Below are positions 42,101-55,500 of a DNA stretch of 64,000 bases, one piece after another; the stretch's first letter is position 1; the number at the start of each line of letters is the position of its first letter. The DNA comes from the human T2T-CHM13v2.0 reference genome, Homo sapiens: NCBI RefSeq assembly GCF_009914755.1, contig NC_060927.1. One strand, 5' to 3'. The notes below the pieces were generated by a model that did not search any database, was not told the origin of the DNA, and saw nothing but the letters and a program-made list of their open reading frames with translations. The position numbers were made by a program, and so were the translations under genes.

Positions 42101-43246
42101 TGGGCCTGGCCTAAGAAACCATTTTTCCATCCTAGGCTTCCAGACCTGTAATGGGAGGGGATGTCACGAAAGTCTCTGACATGCCCTGGAGACATTTTCC
42201 TCATTGGCTTGTGTATTAACATTTGGCTTCCCTTTACTTATGCAACTTTCTACAGCTGACTTGAATTTCTCCCCAGAAAATGTTTGTTTCCCTTCTACCA
42301 TGTGGTCAGGCTGCAAATTTTCCAAGCTTTTATGCTCTGCTTCCTTTTTAAACATAAATTCCAATTTCAGGCCATCTCTTTGAGAATGAGTATGGCTGTG
42401 CACTGCTAGGAGCACCCAGGCCACTGCTTGAATGCTTTGCTAATCAGAAGTTTTTTCCACCAGCTACCCTAAATGATCTCTCTCAAGTTCAAAGTTCCAC
42501 AGATTCCTAGAGCAGAGTTACAATAGCACCGGTTTTCTTTGCTAAAGCATAGCAAGAGTGACCTTTGCTCCAGTTCCAAATAAGTTCCTCATCTCTATCT
42601 GAGACCACCTCAGCCTGGACTTCATTGTCCATATTACTATCAGCATGTTGGTCAAAACCATTTTACAAGTCTCTAGGAATTTCCAAACTTTCCTCATCTT
42701 CCCGTCTTCTTCTGAGCCCTCCAAACTGTTCCAACCTCTGTCCATTACCCAGTTCCAAAGTCACTTCCACATTTACAGGTATCTTTATAGTAATGCCTCA
42801 CTTTCCTGGTACCAATTTTCAGTATTAGTCCATTTTCACACTACAATAAAGAACTACCTGAGACTGGGTAATTTATAAAGAAAAGCAGCTTAATTGACTC
42901 AGTTCCACATGACTAGGAAGGCCTCAGGACACTTACAATGATGGTGGAAGGTGAAGGGGAAGCAAGGCACACCTTACAAGGAAGCAGGAGAGAAAGAGAG
43001 TGAAGGGAGGAGTGCCACACACTTTCAAACAACCAGATCTCATGAGAACTCATGTACTATTATGAAAATAGCAAGGGGGAAGTGCACCCTCATGATTCAA
43101 TCACCTCTCACCAGGCCCTTCCCCCAACCCGTGGGGATTACAATTCGAAATGAGCTTTACTCAAAATTCTTCCAGGCTCTATTCACCACCCAGATCTAAA
43201 GCCACTCCACATTTTTAGGTATTTGTTTGACAAACAACTCACTTCA
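39136..43246 (-). mobile_element. MLT1A-type MaLR provirus: 3' LTR (39136-39523) plus internal region; 5' LTR absent
   Basis: Antisense LTR 'tgtattagg...attttctcacagttttggagg...acataaacattcagtgcataata'; then MaLR internal 'gtcttaactcattccagcatcaactc...', resuming after the THE1 insert at 43163; 5-bp TSD gcaat (39131-39135)/gcaac (43247-43251). Confidence 0.82.
40819..43157 (-). mobile_element. THE1D/MSTA-type MaLR provirus: LTR 40819-41182, internal 41183-42820, LTR 42821-43157
   Basis: Two similar antisense LTRs ('gtattagt.cattttcaca...aatttataaagaaaag') around ~1.64 kb of THE1/MST internal sequence ending 'ggtaccaattttc'; TSD aactc/tactc. Confidence 0.9.
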
Positions 43247-43752
43247 GCAACTTCTTCGTGATCACCAACATCTAGAAAATATCCAGATATTCTTCAAGTC
43301 GTAGATAATTTTTAATGTGGTATGTCTATGTAGTGGAATACTACTTAACAATAAAAGAACACACTAGTAAAAAATACAACAAATGGATGAATCTCAAAAG
43401 CATTGTATGAAATAAAATAAACCAGCCACAAAGGCTAGATACAGGATCATTTCTTTTCTATGGCATTCTGGAGAAGGCACAAGTATAGAAACAGAAAACA
43501 CTCTTGGATGTCATATGCTTAGATTGGGGTAATTTGATTGACTATAAAGAGACACATACAAAAGTTTTTTTGTGATGGAACTATTCAATATTTTTATTAT
43601 ACTAGTGATTACATCACTGTAGACATTTTTCAAAATTGTACCATATGTAAATCATACCCAAAGTGAAAAAGAGATGAGGATGCAAAAGAAAAGTAGGGGA
43701 ATGAGGACGAGAAAGAGGAAGAAGAAAGAAAGGAGAAAAGGGGCAATAAAAA

Positions 43753-44240
43753 TGTGATACCCTGGCCCTAAGATTTTTCCCAGGTGATCTATCTTCCTTA
43801 ATATTCATACATGTGTTTAGACCACTCCTTCCTTGATTTGGGGCTTACCATGTGTGAACCAATATATCATAGCAGATGGTACATTGTTTTGTTGCAAGAT
43901 TTCTGAAATTAGGTTGTAAAAACCCTTGCTTTCTGGAAACATTCTTAGAGCCCTGAGCTGCAATGTAAGAAATTTGACTACCCTGAAGCCACCATGGTAG
44001 AGGAAACACATAAAGACACAACCTGGAAAAATTCCAGGAATATAAGGGAAGAAAGCTGGCTGTCCAGCCCTATTTGTTTCTAACTATAGGTGTTTCACTT
44101 ATTTCAGAAATTGTGGGTCAGAGACAATTTGTCCTGCTCTCCCCTGATACATTACATATTTATGGGAAAAGTAAACAATTATGGATTTAAGATACTAAAT
44201 ATTAGCCTGATTTGTTAAGCAGTAGTAGATAAATGGAACA
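43753..44240 (+). mobile_element. Old MaLR solo LTR (MLT1G/H-like)
   Basis: 'gagccctgagctgcaatgtaagaaatttgactaccctgaagccaccatg'; 3' end 'tttgttaagcagtagtagataaatggaaca'. Confidence 0.65.
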
Positions 44241-44415
44241 AAAACAACAAAAAAGCAAATGGTCTGTAAATGTATATAAGCAATCAGAAAAATGTTAATA
44301 TTTTAGAACCACAGAAACTAATTTAGGACAGAATTATGACGAAATAATTTCACAAATATGGGGACTTTTTTCCCAAGTTTCTTTTCTAAAATTACCTTGA
44401 AACATCCATTAATAG

Positions 44416-44771
44416 TGTATTACTCTGCTCTTACGCTGCTAATAAAGACATACCTGAGACTGGATCGTTTATAGAGGAAAAAGGTTTAATTGACTCACAG
44501 TTCCACATGGCTGGGGAGGCCTCACAACATGGAGGAAGATGAAGGAAGACCAAAGGGACGTCTTACATGGTGGCAGACAAGAAAGCTTGTGCAGGGGAAC
44601 TCCCATTTATAAAACCATCAGGTCTGGTAAGACTTATTCACTACCAGGAGAAGAGTTTTGGGGAAACTGTCCTCCATGAATCAATTATCTCCACCTGGCC
44701 CCACCCTTGACATATAGGGATTATTACAATTAAAGGTGAGATTTGGGTGGGAACACAGCCAAACTGCATCA
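44416..44771 (-). mobile_element. THE1B/C solo LTR, antisense
   Basis: 'tgtattactctgctcttacgctgctaataaagacatacctgagactgg...gagatttgggtgggaacacagccaaactgcatca'; perfect TSD aatag. Confidence 0.92.
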
Positions 44772-45599
44772 AATAGGGATCACAAGAGAGCCTCACTGCT
44801 TAAATTGAACATTAATGGAGTCAAGTTTTCTGAAATTTAAAGCAAGAGCAACCCATAGTTTAGATATGGTATGCCTGAAGTCTTTAATGCACTATGAAGT
44901 ACAATATAATAACTAAAATATTATGTCAAATCCTATATTGAAATCTTTGAAATATAGTTAAACATCTGTGCAATAAACTGTGGGTTCATCTGCAAATTGC
45001 CTATATTTTTGAAATAATTTATTGTACACAAAAAAGTAAAAACCATTTATGTGCTGATCTTAACTATCAAGATTTGATTATGAAAACATGACAGCGATCT
45101 AACCATAAAATACATGGTCTTTAATGAAAATGTAAAAGCTTCTCCTAGATGACCTGCATTTCTTTACTATTACTCTTTCGAATGATGCCTGTACAAAATT
45201 AGTTCTATCTGCCAAATAATGGGAATTTTTCAGGGTGTTAAACAGCACCATGCAGGGGAGGTCACATAAAACTTGAAAGGCAATTAATGCCAGTACTGGA
45301 ATTTCTGAGATGATAGAAACCAGGTGGAACCGTAGTGAACTAGAAGTTGATATATTAAAAGAAAGATCTTGCCAATTTAGAAGAGAAAATGGATATAATT
45401 CAAATAAAAACTGGTTTTCTTCCACCTTAAATGAAAATCTGTATCTTCTCTTACGGTTTGTTTCTTTGTATCTTACCATCTTTCCTCTTTAGCCATCACT
45501 GAGTGTTAGAATGAACGGTTTCTGAAATTTCTTTATCTTCTGACTGCATGGAATTTTTCACAGTGCATTGAGCTAGAATGGAAAGTCATAACTAATGTA

Positions 45600-46460
45600 T
45601 TACACTAACATTTATTAACCTCCTGTTAATTGTTGTTCCCTTAAGGAGCTCAGAGTCTAGCACAGAATATAAACAAATAATTACAATAAAGAGTGGTAAC
45701 TGCAACAGCAGAAGTCTGTACAAGGTACAGATGTGGTGTCAATGCATACCTAATTTTTCTGGGCTACAGCAGGCTTGTTGAACACTTCCAGATGGATGAT
45801 TATTGGACATTAATTTAAGTTTGCCAGGAGGATAAGTGGTGAGGAGGGCATTTCCAGCAAAGGAACTAGCATATGCAAAGACAGAAGGCTAAAAACAGCA
45901 TAATGCTTGGTATTTGACATGTTATCAAGTATGAATAGGGGAGTATCAAGGGATATGAAAGGGGTCAGACCAAAAAGGGATTCATTTTATACCTAGGAGT
46001 TTGGATTTATAAATGTAAGAAATTGGGAAAAAATGAATTTCCTTAAGTGTAAGATAATCACGATCATATAAATATTGTTTAAAGATCACTTTAGCAGTAG
46101 AATGGGGGTTGGCTAGAATATAGGAAATTTAAAAACAATACTGTTTAGCTAGCAATTTAATAACCTCATCATAAGGTGATGAAATCTAGAAAAGTGATAA
46201 TAAAAGTGGCAACAGGTGGAGAGCAAGAGGCAGTTTTGAGACTACTTAGGAAGCGTATTGTTTGATGACTATTTAGAGATAGATATTGAGCACTGGACTT
46301 CTGGAATGACTCCTAGGTTTTAACATAACATATTACATGGTTTGTGAGTCATCATCCAACACAAGTTATATAGAAGGAACACAACTGGGTGGAAGATAAG
46401 TTCAAATTTAGAATTCTGAATTTAGAGTGACCATAGGAAATAGAGGTAGAAGTGAGAAAA
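45600..46460 (-). mobile_element. L2 relic, antisense
   Basis: 'cccttaaggagctcagagtctag', 'gggcatttccagcaaaggaactagcatatgcaaagacagaagg', 'aaagatcactttagcagtag', 'gaatgactcctaggttt'. Confidence 0.7.
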
Positions 46461-46651
46461 GGCAGAGAGTGGTTGGGATTCCCTGTAGTATATGGGAGCC
46501 CTACATAATTAATAACATCCTCTGGTAATATTCTCTAGTAGGGCATGATCTTTATGAGCATCTGCTTAAAATATCACTGGCTAACAGCATAGGCTCTGAA
46601 TCAAAACTTTCAGAATTCCTATTCTTGCTCAGCTATGAAGCAATTACTTAA

Positions 46652-47115
<464 letters not shown>

Positions 47116-49909
47116 ACCTCAGTCTCTTAATCTGTAAAATGGAAGTAATAAGGTATCTATTTTATAGTGATATTAGAATTTAATGAGTTAGATTAACACA
47201 GCACTGAGAATAATGCTTAAGACATAGTGAAGACAAAGTGTTTACCCAATAAGACAAATAAGGACTGAAAAGAGAAAACTTTCATCTCAACATGAGATTT
47301 TTCTGATATATAGAAACATAAAGCAGAGACTACATTTTATTTTGATTGTATAGAATAAGGGCAGACAGGGATTTTGTTTTGTTTTGCTTTATAAAAGTTG
47401 ATAAACCACTTCAGTTAGTTGCTTCCAAAGAAGCAAAGTAGAAGGCTTTACCTTTTTACATTTATTTATTGTTGTTGTTGATTGCAATGTGGTTTACAAG
47501 AGATACAATTTTAAGGCTGTTCTGAGTTGAAATTTAGAAATTAAGTGGTTTGTGATTTTCCACAGGAAGCCCATAATTGTGAAAAATAATATTTCTCATA
47601 ATTTAAGCTTATTCGCACATTTAACTTTAGCAAATGGGCCAATAACGTTGGGAAGAATATAATAATGGGGATATAATTGATGGAAAGACTATAATTTTAA
47701 CTCAGTGGAAATGTATAATGAATTTTTCTAGAAAAATGAAGATTTCACAGTCTTACTCTGTGGTATAACCTTAAAGAATGGTCCATGAACCTTCCTGCCA
47801 AGATGCCTTTTCATCATCTTGTTAAAGTTCAGTGACTCCTTTCAGAATCCCACTGAACTCTCACCCTTTTCACTTCTTGGCACCTCATTAATTGTTAACT
47901 TCTGCTGCTTGTCCACCAGTCTGTGGTTTTTCCATTTCACTTTCTAACTTGTATCTGAATCAGAAGTTAAACCACTAACTCTCCTGGAGCTATGACATGA
48001 GCTTGGAAAACTGTGAAAACAAAATTACTTTGGAAATAACTTCATGCTGAAATTATAAAGAGATGTTTGAAAATATGGCCTAATTTCAAAACTAAAACTG
48101 AGCCTATCTGAATTAGTGGAAATTTTTGGAAAAATAATCATGTAATTAGTAACTTTTTACCTCAATTCATATCTACAATATCACTTGACTTTAGCTAGAA
48201 GTGATTAAGTCCAAAGAAACATCCTCTTGGTACTTTAAGTAAAGAGAAGCAGAGATCAGCAAATAAAGACAAAAATTAGTCTTCAGAACACAATATCAAT
48301 TGTTTGGTGGTCTCACCATTACATAAAATTTACTTTCTTAAATAAGCTCATATTTTATTACAAAATAAGATAGTAATTTGGCACCCCACTCCTGACTAAT
48401 TCTTCATACAATATAAAACAATAGATAAGATAAACATAAGGTCATTTTAAAAACCATCCTATCGTAAAAGTACAACGATGACAACTTTGCCAAATAATGG
48501 CTACAAAAATATTCCCAATGTTAAAGCATAGACAGAGTGATTAAAAGCCTCAACTGTCCCATGCCATAAATTTAAAATAGAATTAATGTTACTTATATTG
48601 TGGAATACATTTGCTTCCATTATACAAATTTATCAGGCTTTGGGGGAATAATTTTCTTGGCCCAGGTCTCTTTTTAAAAGCTGTCCAAAGGAGCCTGAAA
48701 TCATACCATCTTTTTATAAATTTCCCTGTAGCAAGCAGAAGCATTCAAAATCATTTCATTTGTTCAAACGGTGAGGACTCTCTAAAGGGACTTAGACCTT
48801 TACTGCAATCACCAGCACCTGCAAAATTTATTCTGGCGCTCAGCACACACCTGTGAGCCTTCATCCATCCACATCAGAAAAACTATTTAACACTAGGAAA
48901 GAAGGATTATAAGCCTCATCATGGGATTTGCTGTCATATTTCCAAGGCACACATGAGTGAGGTATCCACCCACACATTCAAGGATTCTGATCGTCTAGTT
49001 CCAATATATTCTCTGCCTCTTCCTTGATAGCTTAAATCCTGAATTCTGTTCTTAAATACTGTTGCAGCTTAAGCTGTCCTGCCTGACTTAGACTTCCTGA
49101 CACTAACCTAGGCTTTTACTCATGACATGATGAATTCTATCCTTGATGTTTAGTTTGAAAATTTGGCAAGTATGTTTATTTTAAAGAGAAAAATTATTTG
49201 CCTTAGGAGGCATACTTGGTGGTAGTAATTCATAAAGCTTTCTCATATACATTGTTTAATTTGATCATCATAGCCCTCAACTGAGGTGGGCAGTTAGCCT
49301 GTGTTACAGCCCCAGCATTTGTCTTCTTCTCCTGACTTCCAGGACTGAATGCGTGGTCCCCAGTTGCAGACCAAGACTGAATTCAGTTCCTAAGCCAGTC
49401 AGCAGTGGTAGGAGGCATAAATATTTTTCTACAGGGAATTTAGTCCAGTTTCTTACATTCAGTGATTCAGCCAAGATATCTGGGTTTGCTGGTGTCCCAA
49501 GATGCATTTGCACAAAGAGTTTTTAGACTGAGGAAAACACAAGACAACTTTGTCCCCATAAGACTGTAGCCAAAAGTCAGCCCCTTTTTTAAATGTCTGT
49601 TTGTGTTAGGATTCTCCCCTGTGACTTCTGCCTATTACTTGGCTCTGTTCTTCATGGCCCCACAATTGGAGTCCTGCCTTACACTCCAGACACTGACACA
49701 TCGGCTACCTCCTGTCAGATCTCCCTTCAGGAGGTGGCTCTTTTTTACTCTGTGTTTCCTTGATGAGTTTCCCACCTAGATTCTTGCAGAATATAGATTG
49801 GTGTCTTTAAACTCGGATCCTCCCTAAATTCCCAATTGCAGCTATGACTAAAATTCCTTGCTAACTTCATCTCAGCCCTACCTACAAAATACATCTGGAT
49901 ATATGGTAA

Positions 49910-50160
49910 TAGTAATAAGGAGAACAGTAAAATTTTTTGAAGTGTTTGCTATTTTTCAGGCACAGTTCTAAGCTGTTGACTTATAGCAATTGTTTAATTT
50001 TCAAAATAATAATTTTATGAGATAAAACATGTTATTTTCTTAATTTTACTTATGAGGCAATTGAAGCATAGAATAACTTGATCAATTAGTTAATTAGTCA
50101 GGAAACAGCAAGCTAGATTTTATCTGCAGTTGTTTTGCTTCTAGAGTCCACGCTCTTATT
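49910..50160 (-). mobile_element. MIR, antisense
   Basis: 'caggcacagttctaagc...attttacttatgaggcaattgaagcatag...ctagagtccacgctctta'. Confidence 0.7.
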
Positions 50161-50309
50161 CAAAAAGTCTCATTAAACCATGTTTGAAGATAGACTTTGA
50201 ATTTTGCAACTTGAAACACTGGCTTCCATCACAGGATAGGGTACTATTACTAGTGTCTATACCTCAGCACCATCGTATGCCCAAGCCCCAAATTTTGCAC
50301 TCTTTCTCT

Positions 50310-50654
50310 TTGGTAAATTATTTTCCAATATGGTCATCATAATATCTTCCATCTTGCATACCTTCTGCAGAGACATTGCCACCCTTTTCATCAAGTTGTT
50401 GGACTGATTTTTTTTCTTCCCTTGAATAAGGGCTGGCCTTCTGACTTGCTTTGCCCAACAAAATGTGACAGAAGGAACACTGTAGGATGTTCAACATTAG
50501 GTTTTAAGAACTTTGTAGCTAAATGCTACATGAATGATCCAGGTTAGACAAGTAGAAAGCTCACTTGGTCAACCTACACAATCAAGAGAAATAAATTTGT
50601 GTTGTAAGACAAAGGTTGTCATGGTTTTCTATGTAGTGATAAATAGCTGAAACA
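50310..50654 (+). mobile_element. Old MaLR LTR (MLT1H-like), internally deleted
   Basis: 'cccttgaataagggctggccttctgacttgctttgcccaacaaaatgtgacagaag'; 3' end 'ataaatagctgaaaca'. Confidence 0.65.
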
Positions 50655-50856
50655 CATTCTCAGTCCTAAGGTGCCTGGATTCTGGCATACCTCATACTTG
50701 AACTGCCCTAAGTAGCACAGGTATAAATTTTAGAAAAGGTGAAAATGAAGCTGAGAGAGATTTAGTGAATTGTTCTAAGTTATATTAGTGAGATACAAAG
50801 CATAGACTCCAGCTGCAGACTTCTAAATTTTAAGTGCCATGGACTTTTAAATCTGC

Positions 50857-51233
50857 CGATATAGTGTGGAAGTCCCCTCCAAATCTCCCATTGAAATGTA
50901 ACCTCCAGTGTTGGAGGCAGGGCCTGGTGGGAGGTATTGGATCATGGGAGCAGAGCCCTCATGAATGGCTTAGCACCAACACTTAGTGATGAATGAGTTC
51001 ATGGGAGATGTGGTTGTTTATAAGTGTGTGGCACTACTCCCTGCCACTTGCTCATGCCCTTGCCATGTGACATGCCTGCTCCTGTTTCACCTTCTGTCAT
51101 GAGTAAAAGCTCCCTGAAGCCTCCCCAGAAGCTAGTACAGCCTGCAAAACTGTGAACCAATTAAACCTCTTTTCTTTATAAATTACCCAGCCTCAGGTAT
51201 TTCTTTATAGCGACACAAGAATGACCTAACACA
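50857..51233 (+). mobile_element. MaLR solo LTR, MSTB-like
   Basis: 'aaatctcccattgaaatgtaacctccagtgttggagg...ccctcatgaatggcttagcacc...gagtaaaagctccctgaagcctccccagaagc...aattacccagcctcaggtatttc'. Confidence 0.88.
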
Positions 51234-52249
51234 TCCCCTGTCTTCCCAAACCAATATACCATATTACACCATTCTGTATTAAAAACAAAAACAAAAACAA
51301 AAAACAAAACAGTCTAGTAGTCATGATCTCCAACCAGCTTATTATTAGACCATAGCATTTTACCAGAGATGTTTTCCAAAAACAGTCCATCCTGGAATTC
51401 CCAGTGCAGTGTCTGACACCAGTAATCTTATAATAATCCTCTAAGAACTAAAGTGAATGCTTTTTGATGAAAAACAGGGGCATACTTTTCCTGTTGACAG
51501 CCACTTTTAAAATAAAGGATTTATTCAAAATTTTTACTCTCACATTCTCTTAAGTCTTCAATTATTCAAAAGAACAGGTGAGCCTATTTAGCATCAGTTC
51601 ATGAAAATTTAAGGTCAACTAATTGGTTATTTTTGTCCCTGTCCACAGCCTATTTTACCACTTGTTCACAAATATTAGAGTTCTTTAAATGTCTTTGAAA
51701 GGCCATGGAGAAGTGACAGGTTAGTCTTTAAAGTAGAATTTTAGAATAAACTTTTGAGAAGAATTGTGTGTTCTGGCCATTCAAGAGACTTTGGTTTGTA
51801 ATACCCCAAATCCTATGAGGAATGAATGCTTATTAAAACAGCATCATTGGATAAATAACATTAGCAAAACTAGGAGAATTACTGTATAACCATGCAAATG
51901 GGAAAGGGATAACTACATTTTCTTGAATGTTATACAAGTTTAGATTCTGTGCTATAAGATTACATTTTAAAATGTTTTTATTTTCTAAGAAAACAATACA
52001 GTGGAAAAAGTAATATTATATTGTTCTCATTATTTTTTCTATATTACCTTTTCTCATTCTGTCATAATTCATAAACTTTACTGCAATCAACAGCAATAAA
52101 AAAATCCAGCAGTCATTTATCCTAAATATTCTTGAACAATCCCAGTGTAATTTTATCTCTCTGTAAAAATGAGCTTCATTAAACATAAAACTAAATATGT
52201 ATAGCTTTTCTATCTTTGCAGTAAGTTCCATATTTTTAAAAATAATAAT

Positions 52250-52497
52250 AATGAATAAGACCTACTATTTGATAGCACAATAGGATGACTATAATCTATA
52301 GTAACTGTACATTTAAATAACTTAAAGAGTGTAATTAGATTATTTGTAACTCAAAGGATAAATACTTGAGGGAATGGATAACCATTTCTCCATGATGTGC
52401 TTATTTCACATGCATGCCTGTATCAATACACCTCAGGTACCCCATAAATATACACTAACTATTTACCCACAAAAATTTTATAAAAATTGAAAATTAA
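52250..52497 (+). mobile_element. L1MA1/2-like 3' UTR fragment
   Basis: 'aatgaataagacctactatttgatagcacaatagg...ctcaaaggataaatacttgaggg...tacccacaaaaatt'; flanks aaaaaataataata/aaaaaataatgaca. Confidence 0.85.
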
Positions 52498-53808
52498 AAA
52501 ATAATGACAATAAAAATACTGTATACCAGATCACATAATAATGTTTTCATTCAACAATCATTGGTTGGAATGATGAATATATCATTCTGTCCTCAATATT
52601 CCAACCAAAAAATACAAAAGTAGATCTACCCCATAATCTGAAGAATTAGGTAAGATTAAGATTATTTGTCTGTTCAGGAATATACTATTGGAAACAACAA
52701 TATGACAGAACCACGAAGTATACACTGCCAAAGAGAAATTTCATACATGTTATTTCCCTGTTTTAACAATAAAAATATCATACTTTCATCTTTTTATTGA
52801 CTTAATTATTAAATAGAAAAGCCACTCTGACAGATCACATTAAATTTTAGAAATTTTAGAAAAACCCTCATACTCACAAAGTGACAAAGTTGTCATAAAC
52901 GATTCATACATTTTAGGCAATATAACCTATCAAGACAAAAATGCATATTTCACATGAACATCTCTAATGCAACCTTAGATAAGCCTTCTATCTGTTTGTA
53001 ACTCAGACCCTGAACCTAAGTATATTCTTTCTTAAAAGTCGTATGTTCTCATATATACCTGAGTTGTGTACAATATCATGATTTCTCTGTAGATGTTAAT
53101 GAAAGTAACACATGTTATACAGGCTTATAATAAAGATTAAATACAATTCTTATTGTGAAAGTGCTGTATACACTGTAGATAGCTCTCAGAACACTTTATT
53201 AATTTATTTAACTTATTTAGAACCCAATAATAGTAGCATCATTCAGATATTTCTGTTGGTCAGTTCTGTGCAGCTCGTCACCCTCCCTGACTGAAGTACC
53301 ACAGTTAAGAATTGGGGGTGGGGGGGCGGGTAATTTTAACAAATCACAAAGCTGATTTTTGTCTTTCTGAACTTTCAGAACAGCTTTCTCCACCAGCCCT
53401 CATCTTCCTATCTCATGCCCTGTTTTTACAGATTGAATGCTTAATTGGCTTTCAACTGGTCAGATATTGCCTAATATTTTCTAAGATAACTTGAAATTTA
53501 ATAGCTGCACTTTTGAAGTCTTAATATCATTCATACCAAAGGAGTGAATCTGTAATGGCAAAATGACAAACTGTTGGGATTTAATTTAGTACAATGAGTC
53601 CCACTTTAGATTCCATTAACTCCTAAAATACAGATACTATCCCATTCTGCTTTCTCTTGAGGTAACCTCTGTCAAGACTTTATTAATGTCTCTTCCCACT
53701 TTAAGACATTTCACATGAGAAGTGCTTCTCCTTTATTTTTTTAACTAGGAGGAGAGGAAAGTAAACATTTGTGTAAACTTACACACAACTTTAAAAAAGA
53801 ACAAATTT

Positions 53809-55500
53809 GACCTACCTTTTAATGTGGTTGTTTGTTTTTTCTTATAAATTTGTTTAAGTTCCTTATAGATGCTGGATATTAGACCCTTGTCAGATGCATA
53901 GTTTTCAAAAATTTTCTCCCATTCTGTAGGTTGTCTGTTTACTCTGTTGATAGTTTCTTTTGCTGTGCAGAAGCTCTTTAGTTTAATGAGATCCCATTTC
54001 TCAATTTTTGCATTTGTTGCAATTGCTTTTTGTGTCTTCACCGTGAAATCTTTGCCTGTGCTTATGTCCTGAATGGTATTGCCTAGGTTCTCTTCCAGGG
54101 TTTTTATAGTTTTCGGTTTTAGGCTTAAGTCTTTAATCCGTCTTGAGTTAATTTTTGTATATGGTGTAAGGAAGGGGTCCAGTTTCAATTTTCTGCATAT
54201 GGCTAGCAAGTTATTTCATCACCGTTTATTGAATAGGGAATCCTTTCCCCATTGCTTGTGCCAAGTCTGTTGAAGATCAGATAGTTGCAGGTGTATGGTC
54301 TTATTTCTGAGTTTTCTATTCTGTTGGTCAATGTGTCTGCTCTTGGTCTATGTGTCTGCTCTTGTAACATTGGTTTATGTGTCTGCTCTTGTAACATTAC
54401 CATGCTGTTTTTGTTATTGTAGCCCTGTAGTATAGTTTGAAGTTGAGTAACATGATGCCTCCAGCTTTGTTCATTTGCTTAGGATTGCCTTGGCTATTCA
54501 GGCTCTTTTGTTGATTCCATATGAGTTTTAAAATTGTTTTGTCTAATTCTGTGAAGAATGTCAGTGGTGGTTTAACGGGAATAACATTGAATCTGTAAAT
54601 TGCTGTGGACAATATGGCCATTTTAATGATATTGATTCTTCCTATCCATTAGCAAAGGACATGAACAGACACATCTCAAAAGAAGAAATGGATGTGGTCA
54701 AAAAGTATATAAAAAAACCCTTAACATCACTGATCGTTAGAGAAATGCAAACCAAAACCACTATGAGATACCATCTCACACCAGTCAGAATGGCTAGTAT
54801 TAAAAAGTAAAAAAATAACAAGTGCTGGTTAGATTGTGGAGAAACAGGAACGCTTATATACTGTCAGTGGGAGTGTAAATTAGTTCAACCATTGTGGAAG
54901 ACAGTGTGGTGATTCCTCAGAGACCTAAAGTCAGCAATGCCATTTGACCTAGCAATCTCATTACTGGGTATATACCTAAAGGAATATAAATTGTTCCATT
55001 ATAAAGACACAGGTGCACATATGTTCACTGCAGCACCGTTCACAATAGCAAAGACATGGAATCAACCCAAATGCCCATCAGTGATAGACTGGATAAAGAA
55101 AATGTGGTACATATACACCATGGAACACTATGCAGCCATAAAAAGGAATGAGGTTATGTCCTTTGCAAGGACATGGATAGAACTGGAGGAATTTATCCTT
55201 AGCAAACTGAAACAGGAACAGAAAACCAAATACCACATGTTCTCACTTAGCTCAAGTGGGAGCTAAGTGATGAGAACACATAGACACATAGAGGGGAACA
55301 ACACTCTAGAGCCTATCAGAAGGTGGAGAGTTGAAGGAGGTAGAGAATCAAGAAGAATAACTAATGGATACTAGGCTTAAAAACTAGGTGATGAAATAAT
55401 TGGTACTACAAATCCCCATGACACACGTTTACCTGTGTAACAAACCATCCTACACATGTGTCCCTGAACTTAAAGTAAAAGTTTAAAATAAATAAATAAA
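53809..55500 (+). mobile_element. L1PA15/16-like element with 5' inversion (antisense 53809-54650, sense 54651-55500)
   Basis: Minus-strand ORFs resemble ORF2p ([22 protein letters not shown]); plus-strand ORF 54937-55266 resembles the ORF2p C-terminus, followed by an L1PA 3' UTR; TSD aacaaattt at 53800-53808 and 55501-55509. Confidence 0.92.
54324..54396. repeat. Short tandem triplication (19+27+27 bp) inside the inverted L1 segment
   Basis: ttggt..atgtgtctgctc starts at 54324, 54343 and 54370. Confidence 0.85.

Noticed and set aside
41356-42878. Dense cluster of ORFs on both strands
   Set aside because: Fragments of the decayed THE1/MST internal region, broken by stops and frameshifts
45099-45492. 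126-aa minus-strand ORF in apparently non-repeat DNA
   Set aside because: No recognisable homology or convincing exon boundaries; length is compatible with chance
53745-55266. ORFs of 154 and 109 aa with clear protein similarity
   Set aside because: They are L1 ORF2p remnants in a truncated, inverted element, not a host gene
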